Source of the DNA: Candidatus Micrarchaeum sp.
Lineage (GTDB): Archaea; Micrarchaeota; Micrarchaeia; Micrarchaeales; Micrarchaeaceae
Direction: 5' to 3'
DNA: 32,000 nucleotides
NCBI RefSeq assembly: GCF_016806735.1
Contig: NZ_CP060530.1
Location: 930,001 to 962,000 of the forward strand
Shown: positions 8,631-18,012 of the stretch, piece by piece
Layout: each line of letters starts with the position of its first letter
Numbering within the stretch: position 1 is the stretch's first letter
Translations under genes and position numbers: made by a program
The notes under the pieces: model-generated
Database searches by the model: none
What the model was told of the DNA's origin: nothing
The model's input: the letters and a program-made list of their open reading frames with translations, nothing else

Positions 8631-10061
8631 ATGGCAGGAAAATATTACAATCTCGACAACATGTTAAAACCTAAAAGCGTTGCCATAATAGGGGCTTCGC
8701 AAAGCCCTGAAAAAGTGGGCCACATAATAATGCAGAACTACCTCAACGTCGGTTATGACGGTGATCTTTATCCGGTAAATGTCAGCGCTGAAGGGCTCAT
8801 ACTCGGCAAGAAGTCCTACAAGAGCGTGCTCGACATCAAAAAACCCCTTGACCTTGCCGTAATAGCCATACCTGCGAAGTTCGTTCCTCAGTCACTGGAA
8901 GAATGCGGAAAGGCAAAAGTGAAAAGCGTTATAATCGTAAGCAGCGGCTTTTCGGAAGTTGGCGATACCGGGCTGCAGGAGCAGATAGTGTCGATAGCCA
9001 AAAAGTACTCGCTGCCTGTGCTCGGGCCCAACTGCCTCGGAGTCATGGATTTGCGCTCGAGGGTTGACACCATGTTCCTGCCGACATTCAAAATAGACAA
9101 GCCCAGCATAGGGGGCGTAAGCTTTGCCTCCCAGAGCGGGGCCGTAGGCAGTGCCGTCCTTGACCTGATATCGCATGAGAACTTCGGGCTCTCCAAGTTC
9201 ATATCTTACGGCAACGCCGCAGTTGTTGACGAAGTGGATATACTAAACTACTTGGGGCATGACCCAGACACCAAAGTAATAATATTTTACATAGAAGGAG
9301 TGAGGCGCGGAAAGGAATTCGTCGAGGTCGCAAAAGAAGTGACAAAGCTCAAGCCAGTCATAATGATAAAGGGAGGAATAACCCCGGCAGGATCGAGCGC
9401 GGCACATTCGCATACTGCATCGCTTGCTGGCAGCTATGCAGCATATGAAGCGGTATTCGAGCAGTACGGATTCATACAGGCAAAAAGCCTTGACGACATG
9501 CTTTATTTCGCGAAGATATTCGAGGCGCAGCCGTTGTCCACTAAAAAGCGCATTGCGATAATAACCAATGGCGGAGGCGTCGGAGTGCTCGCGGCAGATT
9601 CGCTGTACTTGAACGGCTTGCAAATGGCCGAGCTTTCCGATGATGCAAAGAAGGAACTCAGGAAGGTCATGCCGCCAATAGTGAACATGAGCATGCCGAT
9701 GGACATGGCAGGAGATGCAGACGACAAGAGGTTCGGAGCCGCGATGGAGGTTCTCTCCAAGGACCCGAACGTAGATGCGCTCATGGTAATCTCGCTGTTT
9801 CAGACTCCCGGTGCCGATTCCAGGGTAGCGGCGATGATAATAAAATATGGTTCTGAAGGGAAGAAACCAATAGTAGTAGTGAGCCCTGGTGGCAACTACG
9901 CCGAAGTGCACAACAACATGATGGAAAGCTCCGGAGTCCCAGTATACCCTTCGCCGGAAGATGCTGCCAAGGCGCTTGCCGCTTTGGTAAAATATTCTGA
10001 GTATAGGGAGAGAATGGGGTCTTTGAATGCCGAAGATAAAAATATCAAAAAAAGCAAATGA
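8631..10061 (+). CDS. acdA: ADP-forming acetyl-CoA synthetase, alpha subunit (CoA-binding plus ligase-CoA domains)
   Basis: N-terminal LKPKSVAIIGAS CoA-binding Rossmann motif, GPNCLG, and phosphohistidine loop AAHSHTASLAGS. Confidence 0.8.
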   Translation: MAGKYYNLDNMLKPKSVAIIGASQSPEKVGHIIMQNYLNVGYDGDLYPVNVSAEGLILGKKSYKSVLDIKKPLDLAVIAIPAKFVPQSLEECGKAKVKSVIIVSSGFSEVGDTGLQEQIVSIAKKYSLPVLGPNCLGVMDLRSRVDTMFLPTFKIDKPSIGGVSFASQSGAVGSAVLDLISHENFGLSKFISYGNAAVVDEVDILNYLGHDPDTKVIIFYIEGVRRGKEFVEVAKEVTKLKPVIMIKGGITPAGSSAAHSHTASLAGSYAAYEAVFEQYGFIQAKSLDDMLYFAKIFEAQPLSTKKRIAIITNGGGVGVLAADSLYLNGLQMAELSDDAKKELRKVMPPIVNMSMPMDMAGDADDKRFGAAMEVLSKDPNVDALMVISLFQTPGADSRVAAMIIKYGSEGKKPIVVVSPGGNYAEVHNNMMESSGVPVYPSPEDAAKALAALVKYSEYRERMGSLNAEDKNIKKSK

Positions 10062-11382
10062 CGTGATAAAGAAGGACAAAAACCTTTTTGTAACTACTAC
10101 TAGAGAGAGCTATCCGTTCGTTGCTGACAGGGGTGATGGCGATTTCACCTACGACATATCTGGAAACAGGTTCATAGATTTTTCGAGCTTTATTTCCGTA
10201 TACAATTTCGGCGTTAATGCAAACGCAAAGGTAAGGGAAGCGATAAAGGCGCAGGTTGACAAGCTCATGCATTCTGCCTTTACCGACTACTATGCCGAAC
10301 TGCCGGTGAAGTTTGCAGAGGAATTCACCAGCATGTTCCCGAAGCAGTATGGCAAGCTTTTCCTATCCAATTCCGGGACCGAGGCCAACGAAGCCGCAAT
10401 AAAGTTTTCAAAGGTCATAACAAAAAGGAGCAGCATAATGGCGTTCTACAACTCCTTCCACGGAAGGACAAACGGATCGCTGGCATTGACATCGTCGAAG
10501 ATCGTGCAGAGGGAGCACATGGGGCCATTCGTCAACGCCGTCCATGTTCCATATCCTTATTGCTACAGGTGCCCGCTGCACCAGAGCTATCCCGATTGCG
10601 GATTCGCATGCATAGATTACATAAAGGACTATCCGCTTTCTAAGGAGGTGGCCGGAGAGGAAATCGCAGCTTTCGTGGCCGAGCCGATACAGGGAGAGGG
10701 CGGCTATATCGTTCCGCCGAAGGATTATTTCAAGGAGCTCAAAAGGCTCACTGACAGCTACGGCATGCTTTTCGTATCGGACGAGGTACAGGCTGGATAC
10801 TTCAGGGCAGGAAAGCCGGCAGCGCTGGACAATTTCGGAGTGCATGCCGACATATACACGTTCGCAAAGTCCGTCGGTGCTGGGTTGCCGCTTGGAGTTA
10901 CAATGCTGAAAAGAAGCCTGCCGGACATACCGGCCGGGGCACACGCCAATACTTTCGGTGGGAACCTTGCAGTAATTGCGGGAGCGCACGCGCTGGCAAA
11001 GCACGTGAAGAATAACATGCGCTCCATAGAAGAGCAGGTGCATACAAAAGGTAGGATAATGAAATCCAGGCTCGAGAAGATGAAGGAGCGCTACGAGATA
11101 ATAGGCGACGTGCGGGGCATGGGCATGATGCTCGCAATAGAATTGGTAAAGGACAGGAAAACAAAGGAGCCAGCAGTAAAGGAAAGGGATTCAATAATGG
11201 AAAGGTGCTTCTACGACGGGCTGCTGATGCTGCCTGCAGGAGTCTCGACCATAAGGATAATACCCCCACTAACCATGTCCATGCACAATATAGAGGAAGG
11301 GCTTGGCATACTGGAAAGCGCAGTGGAAAAGGAAAATGCAGACATGCTTGGCAAGCTAAGGACGGCCAAGGCACGGAAATAG
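10027..11382 (+). CDS. class III PLP-dependent aminotransferase (GABA/acetylornithine aminotransferase family)
   Basis: SNSGTEANEAAIK, EPIQGEGGY, VSDEVQAG, and PLP-lysine context FAKSVGAGLPLG. Overlaps the acdA 3' end by 35 nt. Confidence 0.85.
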   Translation: MPKIKISKKANDVIKKDKNLFVTTTRESYPFVADRGDGDFTYDISGNRFIDFSSFISVYNFGVNANAKVREAIKAQVDKLMHSAFTDYYAELPVKFAEEFTSMFPKQYGKLFLSNSGTEANEAAIKFSKVITKRSSIMAFYNSFHGRTNGSLALTSSKIVQREHMGPFVNAVHVPYPYCYRCPLHQSYPDCGFACIDYIKDYPLSKEVAGEEIAAFVAEPIQGEGGYIVPPKDYFKELKRLTDSYGMLFVSDEVQAGYFRAGKPAALDNFGVHADIYTFAKSVGAGLPLGVTMLKRSLPDIPAGAHANTFGGNLAVIAGAHALAKHVKNNMRSIEEQVHTKGRIMKSRLEKMKERYEIIGDVRGMGMMLAIELVKDRKTKEPAVKERDSIMERCFYDGLLMLPAGVSTIRIIPPLTMSMHNIEEGLGILESAVEKENADMLGKLRTAKARK

Positions 11383-11542
11383 GAGCAGCAAAGGTATAAA
11401 AACACGAACAACGCAAACTATTTATAATAATTATGCCAAAAAGGTTAGTCAGAGCCTTATTCGGCCAGCTGCGTCAATCAATGCGGTTCGTTGGCGCTTG
11501 GCTTATGTTTAACAGCTAAATAAAATACTCAAAGATGGTTTA

Positions 11543-11971
11543 ATGGCAAACGTATATGACGTTGATGCATCGGAACTCGTGAAGATGGCAGCTGAAAAGC
11601 TCAAGAGCAAGGTGAAAAAGCCGGACTATGTCAATTATGTGAAGAGCGGAGCCGCAAAGGAGCGCGTGCCCGAGGATCCGGATTTCTGGTACATAAGGAC
11701 GGCTTCGATACTGAGGCAGGTATATGTGAACGGCCCAGTGGGAGTTTCTAGGCTTAGAACAAGATACGGCTCAAGGAAGGACCACGTAATACACAAGCAC
11801 CACCACATGCCCGCAAGCGGAAGCATAATAAGCGACGCTTTCAAGGAGCTTGAAGGCTTGGATTACGTCAAAAAGACAGGCAAGGGCAGGGTAATAACCC
11901 CGAAGGGAAAATCCTTCCTGGACAAGCTCTCCAACGAGATAAGCGGCTACAAGTCGCAGAGTGCAAACTGA
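11543..11971 (+). CDS. rps19e: 30S ribosomal protein S19e
   Basis: 142 aa with typical S19e sequence (DWYYIRAASILR-like FWYIRTASILRQVY, GSIIRKALQ-like GSIISDAFKELE). First gene of the conserved archaeal S19e...FtsY cluster. Confidence 0.9.
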   Translation: MANVYDVDASELVKMAAEKLKSKVKKPDYVNYVKSGAAKERVPEDPDFWYIRTASILRQVYVNGPVGVSRLRTRYGSRKDHVIHKHHHMPASGSIISDAFKELEGLDYVKKTGKGRVITPKGKSFLDKLSNEISGYKSQSAN

Positions 11972-11987
11972 ATGCTTTTGGTGCAGT

Positions 11988-12299
11988 ATGATGTCCGAAT
12001 CTTATGAAGGTCAGGACGACAGGGAAGCGAAGAAGGCGCTTGCGAAGGTTTACAGGGAGATGCAGCGCGAACAGCAAGTCAAGTCAATGCTCAGGCAGCT
12101 GCTGGATCCAGACGCGTACGAGCGCATAATGAACATAAGCGTCTCGAACCACGATCTATACATGCAGCTGTCGAACCTGATTGTGCAGCTTGCGCAGTCA
12201 AACCAGGTATCCGGAAAGATAACAGACGCGCAGCTTATATCGCTGCTCAACAGGCTCACGTACAAGCCTGAGCCGAAAATAGAATTCAAGCACAAATGA
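11988..12299 (+). CDS. PDCD5/TFAR19-like dsDNA-binding protein
   Basis: LRQLLDPDAYERIMNISVSN...QLAQSNQVSGKITDAQLISLL matches this family, and it holds the conserved position after S19e. ATG 11988 preferred over the track start GTG 11961. Confidence 0.8.
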   Translation: MMSESYEGQDDREAKKALAKVYREMQREQQVKSMLRQLLDPDAYERIMNISVSNHDLYMQLSNLIVQLAQSNQVSGKITDAQLISLLNRLTYKPEPKIEFKHK

Positions 12300-12321
12300 A
12301 GCTTACGATTATGGTGTTAAA

Positions 12322-12483
12322 ATGTCAAAGAAGAGCAAGATCAAGAAGGAGCGCTTGGGCAAGCAGATAAAAAGGTCCAGGAGAATACCGGTGCTCGCAA
12401 TGGTAAGGACGCACAGGAGGATACAGCAGAACCTGTTCGCCAGGAACTGGAGGAGGACCAAGCTGAACCTTAAGGGTGATTGA
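12322..12483 (+). CDS. rpl39e: 50S ribosomal protein L39e
   Basis: Not in the ORF track (53 aa). MSKKSKIKKERLGKQIKRSRRIPVLAMVRTHRRIQQNLFARNWRRTKLNLKGD has the typical L39e basic sequence and position. Confidence 0.85.
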   Translation: MSKKSKIKKERLGKQIKRSRRIPVLAMVRTHRRIQQNLFARNWRRTKLNLKGD

Positions 12484-12485
12484 AA

Positions 12486-12884
12486 ATGCCTGCAAAACTC
12501 ATAACGATAAACATAAGGAGATACCTGGTAACGCAGCCCAGGTCAGTGAGGCAGAAGCGCCTCAGCAGGTACGTCAGGGAAAGGATTGCGCACTACATGA
12601 AAGTATCGGAGGAGAACGTTAAGATAGACACTGCAATGAACAGCGCAATGACAAAGGTTTACACTAAGAGCATGATGCCGATAAAGGCCAACGTCAACAT
12701 AGACAACGGAGTGGCCAAGGTGTCATTGTATAGCGACAAAAAGCCAGCTGATACGCAGAAGGCGGAGCCCAAGGCCGCAGATAAGAAGGCAGGAAAGGGA
12801 AAGCAGGAGCAAAAGAAAGAAGCCCCCAAGCCCGAGCAGAAAAAGCCCGAAGCTGCGGAACCGAAGGCAAAGCCCAAGCAGTGA
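12486..12884 (+). CDS. rpl31e: 50S ribosomal protein L31e with Lys/Pro/Glu/Ala-rich C-terminal extension
   Basis: MPAKLITINIRRYL...VKIDTAMNSAM is the L31e core, followed by a ~50-aa KKPADTQKAEPKAADKK...AEPKAKPKQ tail. ATG at 12486; the track starts 6 nt earlier at TTG. Confidence 0.85.
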   Translation: MPAKLITINIRRYLVTQPRSVRQKRLSRYVRERIAHYMKVSEENVKIDTAMNSAMTKVYTKSMMPIKANVNIDNGVAKVSLYSDKKPADTQKAEPKAADKKAGKGKQEQKKEAPKPEQKKPEAAEPKAKPKQ

Positions 12885-12914
12885 TGCTTGGAAAGCCAAA
12901 GTAACGGTGCCCAC

Positions 12915-13589
12915 ATGCCAATCATAAAATATTCCATACACGAAAGCGGCTATGTGGGTGCATTCGGCACTGCGACGGACAAGTACGTTTTCATGGGCAA
13001 TTCGCTGAATGCTACAGGAGTCAGAGCGGTATCCGGTGCGCTTGGCTCAGAATGCATTCTTATAACCGTAGGCATGTCTGACCTTGTAGGGATTTTCGCC
13101 AGGGCGAATTCCAACGGGATAGTCCTGTCCAACATAGCCGCTGACAGCGAAGTAAAAAGGATAAAGGAGCTGGCAGAAGGCATAAACGTCGGTTGCATCA
13201 GCAGCAACCTCAACGCCATAGGCAACAACATTTTGGCAAACGACAAGATCGCGATAGTGAACCCGGAATACGGAAATGATGACATAAGGGAAATACGCGA
13301 CATACTCGGCGTAGAAGTAATAAGGTATTCCGGGGAAAGCTTCAAAACAGTAGGCGCGAGCAACGTCCTAACCAACAAGGGGCTGCTTATAAACAACAGG
13401 TGCAGCGACGAAGAGAAGGAGGAGCTCGACAGGGCCACCGGAATGGATTCCATAAGGACCACGGCCAATACCGGTGCGCTCAGCATAGGGCTTTCCGTGC
13501 TGGCGAATTCCAAGGGGGTCGTGATAGGCTCCGAGACCACGGGATTCGAGATAGCTAGGATAACTGACGCTCTGGACATAGGCGATTAA
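12915..13589 (+). CDS. eif6: translation initiation factor 6 (aIF6)
   Basis: About 224 aa with pentein-like internal repeats (GAFGTATDKYVF, GIFARANSNGIVL, IGNNILANDKIAIV, ASNVLTNKGLLI, LSVLANSKGVVI). Conserved position after L31e. Confidence 0.9.
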   Translation: MPIIKYSIHESGYVGAFGTATDKYVFMGNSLNATGVRAVSGALGSECILITVGMSDLVGIFARANSNGIVLSNIAADSEVKRIKELAEGINVGCISSNLNAIGNNILANDKIAIVNPEYGNDDIREIRDILGVEVIRYSGESFKTVGASNVLTNKGLLINNRCSDEEKEELDRATGMDSIRTTANTGALSIGLSVLANSKGVVIGSETTGFEIARITDALDIGD

Positions 13590-13603
13590 AAAAAGGTGAA
13601 AGC

Positions 13604-13777
13604 ATGAAGTACATAGTAAGAGGAACAATAAAAAAGGGCTCGAAGCAAAAATTTGAGCTCGAGATAGAAGCAAACAGCGAGAAGCACGCTACGGAGAGTG
13701 CGCTCGTAAAGATAGGCTCGAAGCAGGGGCTTAGCAAGAGCATGATAGCGATAAAGGAAGTCGTTGAAGCAAAATAA
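13604..13777 (+). CDS. rplX: 50S ribosomal protein LX (L18Ae / eL20 family)
   Basis: Not in the ORF track (57 aa). MKYIVRGTIKKGSKQKFELEIEANSEKHATESALVKIGSKQGLSKSMIAIKEVVEAK resembles archaeal LX and holds the conserved slot between aIF6 and prefoldin alpha. Confidence 0.75.
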   Translation: MKYIVRGTIKKGSKQKFELEIEANSEKHATESALVKIGSKQGLSKSMIAIKEVVEAK

Positions 13778-13786
13778 GGTCTTTGG

Positions 13787-14218
13787 ATGAGCTCTCAAGA
13801 AAGCGGCGAAAGCCTTGAAGAGGCGGTGCAGAACCTGCAGTACATGCAGCAGGTCTACCAGAACCAGTACACCACCATAAGCAGGGAAATAAACGCGGTC
13901 ATGGACTACATAAACGAGCTCAATGCTGCCAAGACGTCAATGGAAAAGTTTGAGAGGATAAAGAATTCCAATATCCTTTCACCCATAGGCTCGTCCATTT
14001 TCATAAGCGCCAAGGCGACCGAAGAGGCGAAGGTCCTGGTTGGCGTTGGCGGCGGATACCTGATAGAAAAGGAAATCGCAAAGGCGATAGAATACCTTTC
14101 CTCAAGGATAGAGATGCACACAAAGAACATGCAGGAGCTCATGAAGGCGAGGAGCAAAGCCGAGGACGCCATGTTCGAAATATCGACGAAGCTGGATAAG
14201 ATTTTGAAGCAGGCATAA
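13787..14218 (+). CDS. pfdA: prefoldin alpha subunit
   Basis: 143 aa with N- and C-terminal coiled coils flanking a beta-hairpin core (ILSPIGSSIFISA...VLVGVGGGYLIEK). Conserved cluster position. Confidence 0.8.
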   Translation: MSSQESGESLEEAVQNLQYMQQVYQNQYTTISREINAVMDYINELNAAKTSMEKFERIKNSNILSPIGSSIFISAKATEEAKVLVGVGGGYLIEKEIAKAIEYLSSRIEMHTKNMQELMKARSKAEDAMFEISTKLDKILKQA

Positions 14219-14219
14219 T

Positions 14220-15410
14220 ATGTTTGATTCGCTGCGCAAAAAAATATCGAATGCCATAGGTTCAATCGTAAAAAGCGAGCGCGAGGAGGAAGGCGCAAGC
14301 GCAGAAGGTGCTGCAGCATACGCGCAGAAAGCGGAAGAGGAACGCACAGAAGTTGTGGAAACCGCTGGCGCAGAAAAGGAGGAGGAAAAGCTGCCGGTTG
14401 AAGAAAGAAAAGAGAATGAAACTGTTACTGAAACGGCAAAAGAGGAAAAACCGGAAAGCCCGGCCGTCGAACCATTGATTGAAAAAGCCAAGAAGGAAGA
14501 GAAGATGAAGCTTTCCCTTTCTACGAGGCTTAAAGGCGTTTTCTCAAAGGAAGTAAAGCTCGGCGAGTCTGACATAGACAACTTCACAGATGAACTAATG
14601 CTAACACTGCTGCAGTCCGACGTCTCTTATGAGACAACTGACAAATTCATAAATTCGCTCAAGGAAACCCTGAAAAGCTCGACTTTCGAATCAAGGAACA
14701 TACGCGAAGGCGTTTCCGATTGCGTGAGATCCGAGCTTTCCAAGGTGCTCAAAGAAGGAATGCCGAAGGAGCAGCTTCTCCACATAGTAAAGGGCAGGCT
14801 TGACGCGGGAATGAAGCCAGTTTCGATAATGTTTCTGGGACCCAATGGCACCGGAAAGACCACCACAATGGCGAAAATAGCATACATGTTCAAGAAAAAC
14901 GGCATAAGCTCGGTTTTTTCTGCCAGCGACACGTTCAGGGCCGCGGCAATAGAGCAGACGTCGTTTCACGCATCGAAGATAGGCATGCCTGTGATAAAAG
15001 GCAGCTACGGCGCTGACCCGGCAAGCGTAGCTTTTGACGCAATAGAATACGCCAAGGCACATAGCTCGGATACCGTGCTCATAGACACCGCAGGCAGGCA
15101 GGAAACGAACAAGAACCTGCTTAACGAGATAAAGAAGATGGAGAGGGTGGCCAAGCCGGACATAACGATATATGTAGGCGAAAGCACTGCAGGAAACAGG
15201 ATTGCGGAGCAAGTGGCGGAGTTCTTAAAATACATAAAGATAGACGGGATAATACTCACAAAGCTCGACTGCGATGCAAAGGGCGGAAACGCCATATCGC
15301 TCTCTGACGTAACGGGATTGCCGATATTCTTCTTCGGGACCGGAGAAGGCTATGAAGAGTTAATGGAGTTCAATCCCTCTTTCATAATTGACTCCCTTGT
15401 TCCAAACTAG
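14220..15410 (+). CDS. ftsY: signal recognition particle receptor FtsY
   Basis: Acidic N-terminal region followed by an NG domain with GPNGTGKTTT, DTAGR and TKLDCDAKGG. Confidence 0.92.
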   Translation: MFDSLRKKISNAIGSIVKSEREEEGASAEGAAAYAQKAEEERTEVVETAGAEKEEEKLPVEERKENETVTETAKEEKPESPAVEPLIEKAKKEEKMKLSLSTRLKGVFSKEVKLGESDIDNFTDELMLTLLQSDVSYETTDKFINSLKETLKSSTFESRNIREGVSDCVRSELSKVLKEGMPKEQLLHIVKGRLDAGMKPVSIMFLGPNGTGKTTTMAKIAYMFKKNGISSVFSASDTFRAAAIEQTSFHASKIGMPVIKGSYGADPASVAFDAIEYAKAHSSDTVLIDTAGRQETNKNLLNEIKKMERVAKPDITIYVGESTAGNRIAEQVAEFLKYIKIDGIILTKLDCDAKGGNAISLSDVTGLPIFFFGTGEGYEELMEFNPSFIIDSLVPN

Positions 15411-15425
15411 GGCCGTTGCGACACA

Positions 15426-15432
15426 TTTATAA
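15426..15432 (+). promoter_or_regulatory. TATA-like box upstream of the ATPase gene
   Basis: TTTATAA about 30 nt upstream of ATG 15462, in the short ftsY-ATPase spacer. Confidence 0.35.
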
Positions 15433-15461
15433 TGTTTGTTTGAGAATAGTTTCTGATTTTG

Positions 15462-16778
15462 ATGGATGAAAAGCTCTACAGGATAGAGGACGAGATATTA
15501 AACAGGCTGGTTGGGCGATTCGTGAACGTCGAAAAGACCGAGAGGCGCAACGAGCTAATCAAGTTGACTGCGAAAAGCATACAGCCGGACATGAGTGATG
15601 ATGACATAAATACGCTCATAAGCGACATAAACGACCTTTCCCCCATAGACGTGCTTATGAAGGACGAATCCATAGAAGACATAATGATAAACAACACCAA
15701 GAGTGTTTTCGTATACGACTCCAAGGAAGGGCAAAAGAAGATGAATGACAGGTTTGAAGACAAGGAGAAGCTCTCCAGATTCGTGAACAAGCTCAAGCTG
15801 TACGCAACCAACGAGAGCGCCAAGGGCAACATACTTGACGTGCACACCCCTTCGGGAAGCAGGGCCAACATAGTTTCGTCGCCTCTCGGATATGACATAA
15901 CGATAAGAAACTTCAAGCAGACGGCCCTTAGCATAATAGACCTTATCAATTCCGGTACTTTGGATTACAGCATAGCTGCGAGGCTGTGGCTTTACATGGA
16001 CGGCTTCAAAGTGAGGCCGGCCAACCTGCTGATTGCGGGAATGCCAGCTGCAGGAAAGACTACGCTGCTGAACTCCCTGTTCTCATTCATGAGGCCCGAG
16101 CAGCGCGTCGTTACCATAGAGGAAACCTACGAATTGGACACATCCACGCAGGAGAACTGCGTCAGGCTGGAAACAAGCGAGGACATGCCAATGGTTGAGC
16201 TTGTAAAGAACGCCCTCAGGATGAGGCCCGACATGATAATAATCGGAGAAGTAAGGGGCGAGGAAGCCAATGACATGATAACTGCAATGAACATAGGAAA
16301 GATATCCATGGGCACCATACACGCTTCTTCATCCAGGGACATAATAAACAGGCTCCAGCACTCCCCGATGAACGTGCCCAAGGACATAATACCGGTTATA
16401 GACGCGCTCATAGTGCTGTCGCAGGTGTACGAGAATGGCGTGCCGCACAGGAAGATAGTGCAGATATCCGAGCTGGCAGGCATAGAAACGCAGATACTTC
16501 TTTCGGATCTTTACAAGCTCGACTACAAAACGCACAAGGCCTCTGCAATACTGCCCAGCGTCACTTACAGGGATACGCTTTCGACGCTTATCGGAGTGCC
16601 GCCTCCTGATATATTGGCAGAGGAGAACGTCAGGGCCATGATACTTGCACAGCTCAACAAGCTGGGAAGGCGGGACATAAGGAGCATAAACGAGACCGTA
16701 AGGGATTATTATACAGATCCAGATGCCGTGCTTGCGAAGCTGGGGCTCGGGAATCTTCATGCGGTTGTGCGCGTCTGA
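15462..16778 (+). CDS. type II/IV secretion-system family ATPase (FlaI/PilB/VirB11-like, archaeal type IV filament motor)
   Basis: Walker A GMPAAGKTTLLNSL, Asp box VVTIEETYEL, Walker B RMRPDMIIIGEVRGEEA, His box MGTIHASS. Confidence 0.85.
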   Translation: MDEKLYRIEDEILNRLVGRFVNVEKTERRNELIKLTAKSIQPDMSDDDINTLISDINDLSPIDVLMKDESIEDIMINNTKSVFVYDSKEGQKKMNDRFEDKEKLSRFVNKLKLYATNESAKGNILDVHTPSGSRANIVSSPLGYDITIRNFKQTALSIIDLINSGTLDYSIAARLWLYMDGFKVRPANLLIAGMPAAGKTTLLNSLFSFMRPEQRVVTIEETYELDTSTQENCVRLETSEDMPMVELVKNALRMRPDMIIIGEVRGEEANDMITAMNIGKISMGTIHASSSRDIINRLQHSPMNVPKDIIPVIDALIVLSQVYENGVPHRKIVQISELAGIETQILLSDLYKLDYKTHKASAILPSVTYRDTLSTLIGVPPPDILAEENVRAMILAQLNKLGRRDIRSINETVRDYYTDPDAVLAKLGLGNLHAVVRV

Positions 16779-17056
16779 TTCGCTTCGGTATTTTTCTGGT
16801 CCAGCAGCGCGTATATTCCGCTTATATGCGACGTAAGAAGCCTTCCTTTTTCAGTCAGCTTTATCATCTTGTCCTTTCCGTGCTTCTGGCTCTCGACAAT
16901 TCCCCTGATTTCGCAATCGCGTATGAAGTTGCACACATGCACGTAGGTAGTTCCGGTGCTCTTGGCAAGCTCGCTTATGCTCCAGTCCTTCGACTGGTCG
17001 TTAAGGCACAGGAGTATTCCAGCCTGCTTGGACCTAAGTATAGAGCTTTCTTCCAT
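16757..17056 (-). CDS. small winged-helix transcriptional regulator
   Basis: 99 aa. WSISELAKSTGTTYVHVCNFIRDCEIRGIVE...IKLTEKG has the HTH-plus-wing pattern. Converges on and overlaps the ATPase 3' end by 22 nt. Confidence 0.6.
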   Translation of the reverse strand: MEESSILRSKQAGILLCLNDQSKDWSISELAKSTGTTYVHVCNFIRDCEIRGIVESQKHGKDKMIKLTEKGRLLTSHISGIYALLDQKNTEANQTRTTA

Positions 17057-17154
17057 TTAACCATTCTTAATATAAAAACCATTTTATATAAACATTTGCG
17101 TTCTTATATTATTAGAACTTATGTAATGCGTTTTGGTTCTACATAGGTAACAGC

Positions 17155-17703
17155 ATGGAAAAAAGGTCAATCAGAAAAAGGTATGACAGGCTTGCGATAG
17201 TCACGACTTCTACAGGGGCAATACTGCTGATAATATCCATAATAAGGGGAGCAATGATGCTTGTGGCCTTCGCCAGCGGCATACAGATACACACGATACG
17301 CGACGTCAGCTTCGGCGTCATAAATTTCGCTTTCGATTTCGCAATACCTTTCGTAGGCGGCATAATACTCATAGCGGCAGGCATGGCGCTGCTCAACATA
17401 GAATTCAACTCGATAAAGAAAAACAGTGTGCTTGAAGTTCGCAGGAGCGCAAGGAATCACGAAATAAGAGTAACTGGAAAGATGCTCAATGACGGCGACA
17501 GAAAGGTGCTTGGCATGCTCTCTAAGGATGGCTTGATGCTGCAGTCAGACATAGTATCTGTTAGCGGCTTTTCGAAGGTCAAAGTGCACAGGATAGTAAG
17601 AAAGCTAGAGAATGCCGGGCTTGTAAAAGTTTCCAGATTCGGCATAACAAACCGCGTTGTCCTCGTAGACAGCAAAAGTTCCGCTTTCAATGCAAAAGCG
17701 TAA
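17155..17703 (+). CDS. membrane-tethered winged-helix protein (N-terminal TM helices plus C-terminal wHTH)
   Basis: 2-3 hydrophobic helices within residues 15-85, then DRKVLGMLSKDGLMLQSDIVSVSGFSKVKVHRIVRKLENAGLVKV, which is MarR/TrmB-like. Confidence 0.6.
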   Translation: MEKRSIRKRYDRLAIVTTSTGAILLIISIIRGAMMLVAFASGIQIHTIRDVSFGVINFAFDFAIPFVGGIILIAAGMALLNIEFNSIKKNSVLEVRRSARNHEIRVTGKMLNDGDRKVLGMLSKDGLMLQSDIVSVSGFSKVKVHRIVRKLENAGLVKVSRFGITNRVVLVDSKSSAFNAKA

Positions 17704-17752
17704 GGCTATTAAATTAATCCGATGATATATATTTAGGCGCCAAGGTGAAAAA

Positions 17753-18004
17753 ATGGTGAAGTTCATAATAGGAAGACAGCTCGTAGGGAAAAAAGTTGTG
17801 ACAAACGACGGTTTTGACGTAGGCAGGTTTATCGACGCAGACATAAGCCCGATAACCGGGAAGATAAACGCCTTCATAGTCGAGCCAAACATGGATAGCA
17901 ACATAACAAACAAGCTCAAGATAGACAGCGGGCAGATAAAAATACCATACAACGCAGTGCAGGCGGTAAACGACTACATAGTAATTGACAGGAAGTCTAT
18001 GTAA
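17753..18004 (+). CDS. PRC-barrel domain protein
   Basis: 83 aa. LVGKKVVTNDGFDVGRFIDADISPITGKINAFIVEP and KIPYNAVQAVNDYIVID are typical of stand-alone archaeal PRC barrels. Confidence 0.7.
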   Translation: MVKFIIGRQLVGKKVVTNDGFDVGRFIDADISPITGKINAFIVEPNMDSNITNKLKIDSGQIKIPYNAVQAVNDYIVIDRKSM

Positions 18005-18012
18005 CCGCGGGT

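Noticed and set aside
9243-10079. Long antisense or shadow ORFs occur inside conserved genes (e.g. 9243-10079, 12950-13579, 3394-3969, 5275-5868, 10408-11043, 14102-14587, 27484-28110).
   Set aside because: Each lies opposite or out of frame within a gene with strong family motifs. Their products are low-complexity or compositionally odd. This is typical shadow-ORF behaviour at this GC content.
11433-11519. A 28-codon ORF (MPKRLVRALFGQLRQSMRFVGAWLMFNS) and a TATA-like tttataataa lie in the 160-nt spacer before rps19e.
   Set aside because: The TATA-like element abuts the ATG, which is too close to drive it. The peptide has no recognisable features. I could not support either a coding or an ncRNA call from sequence alone.
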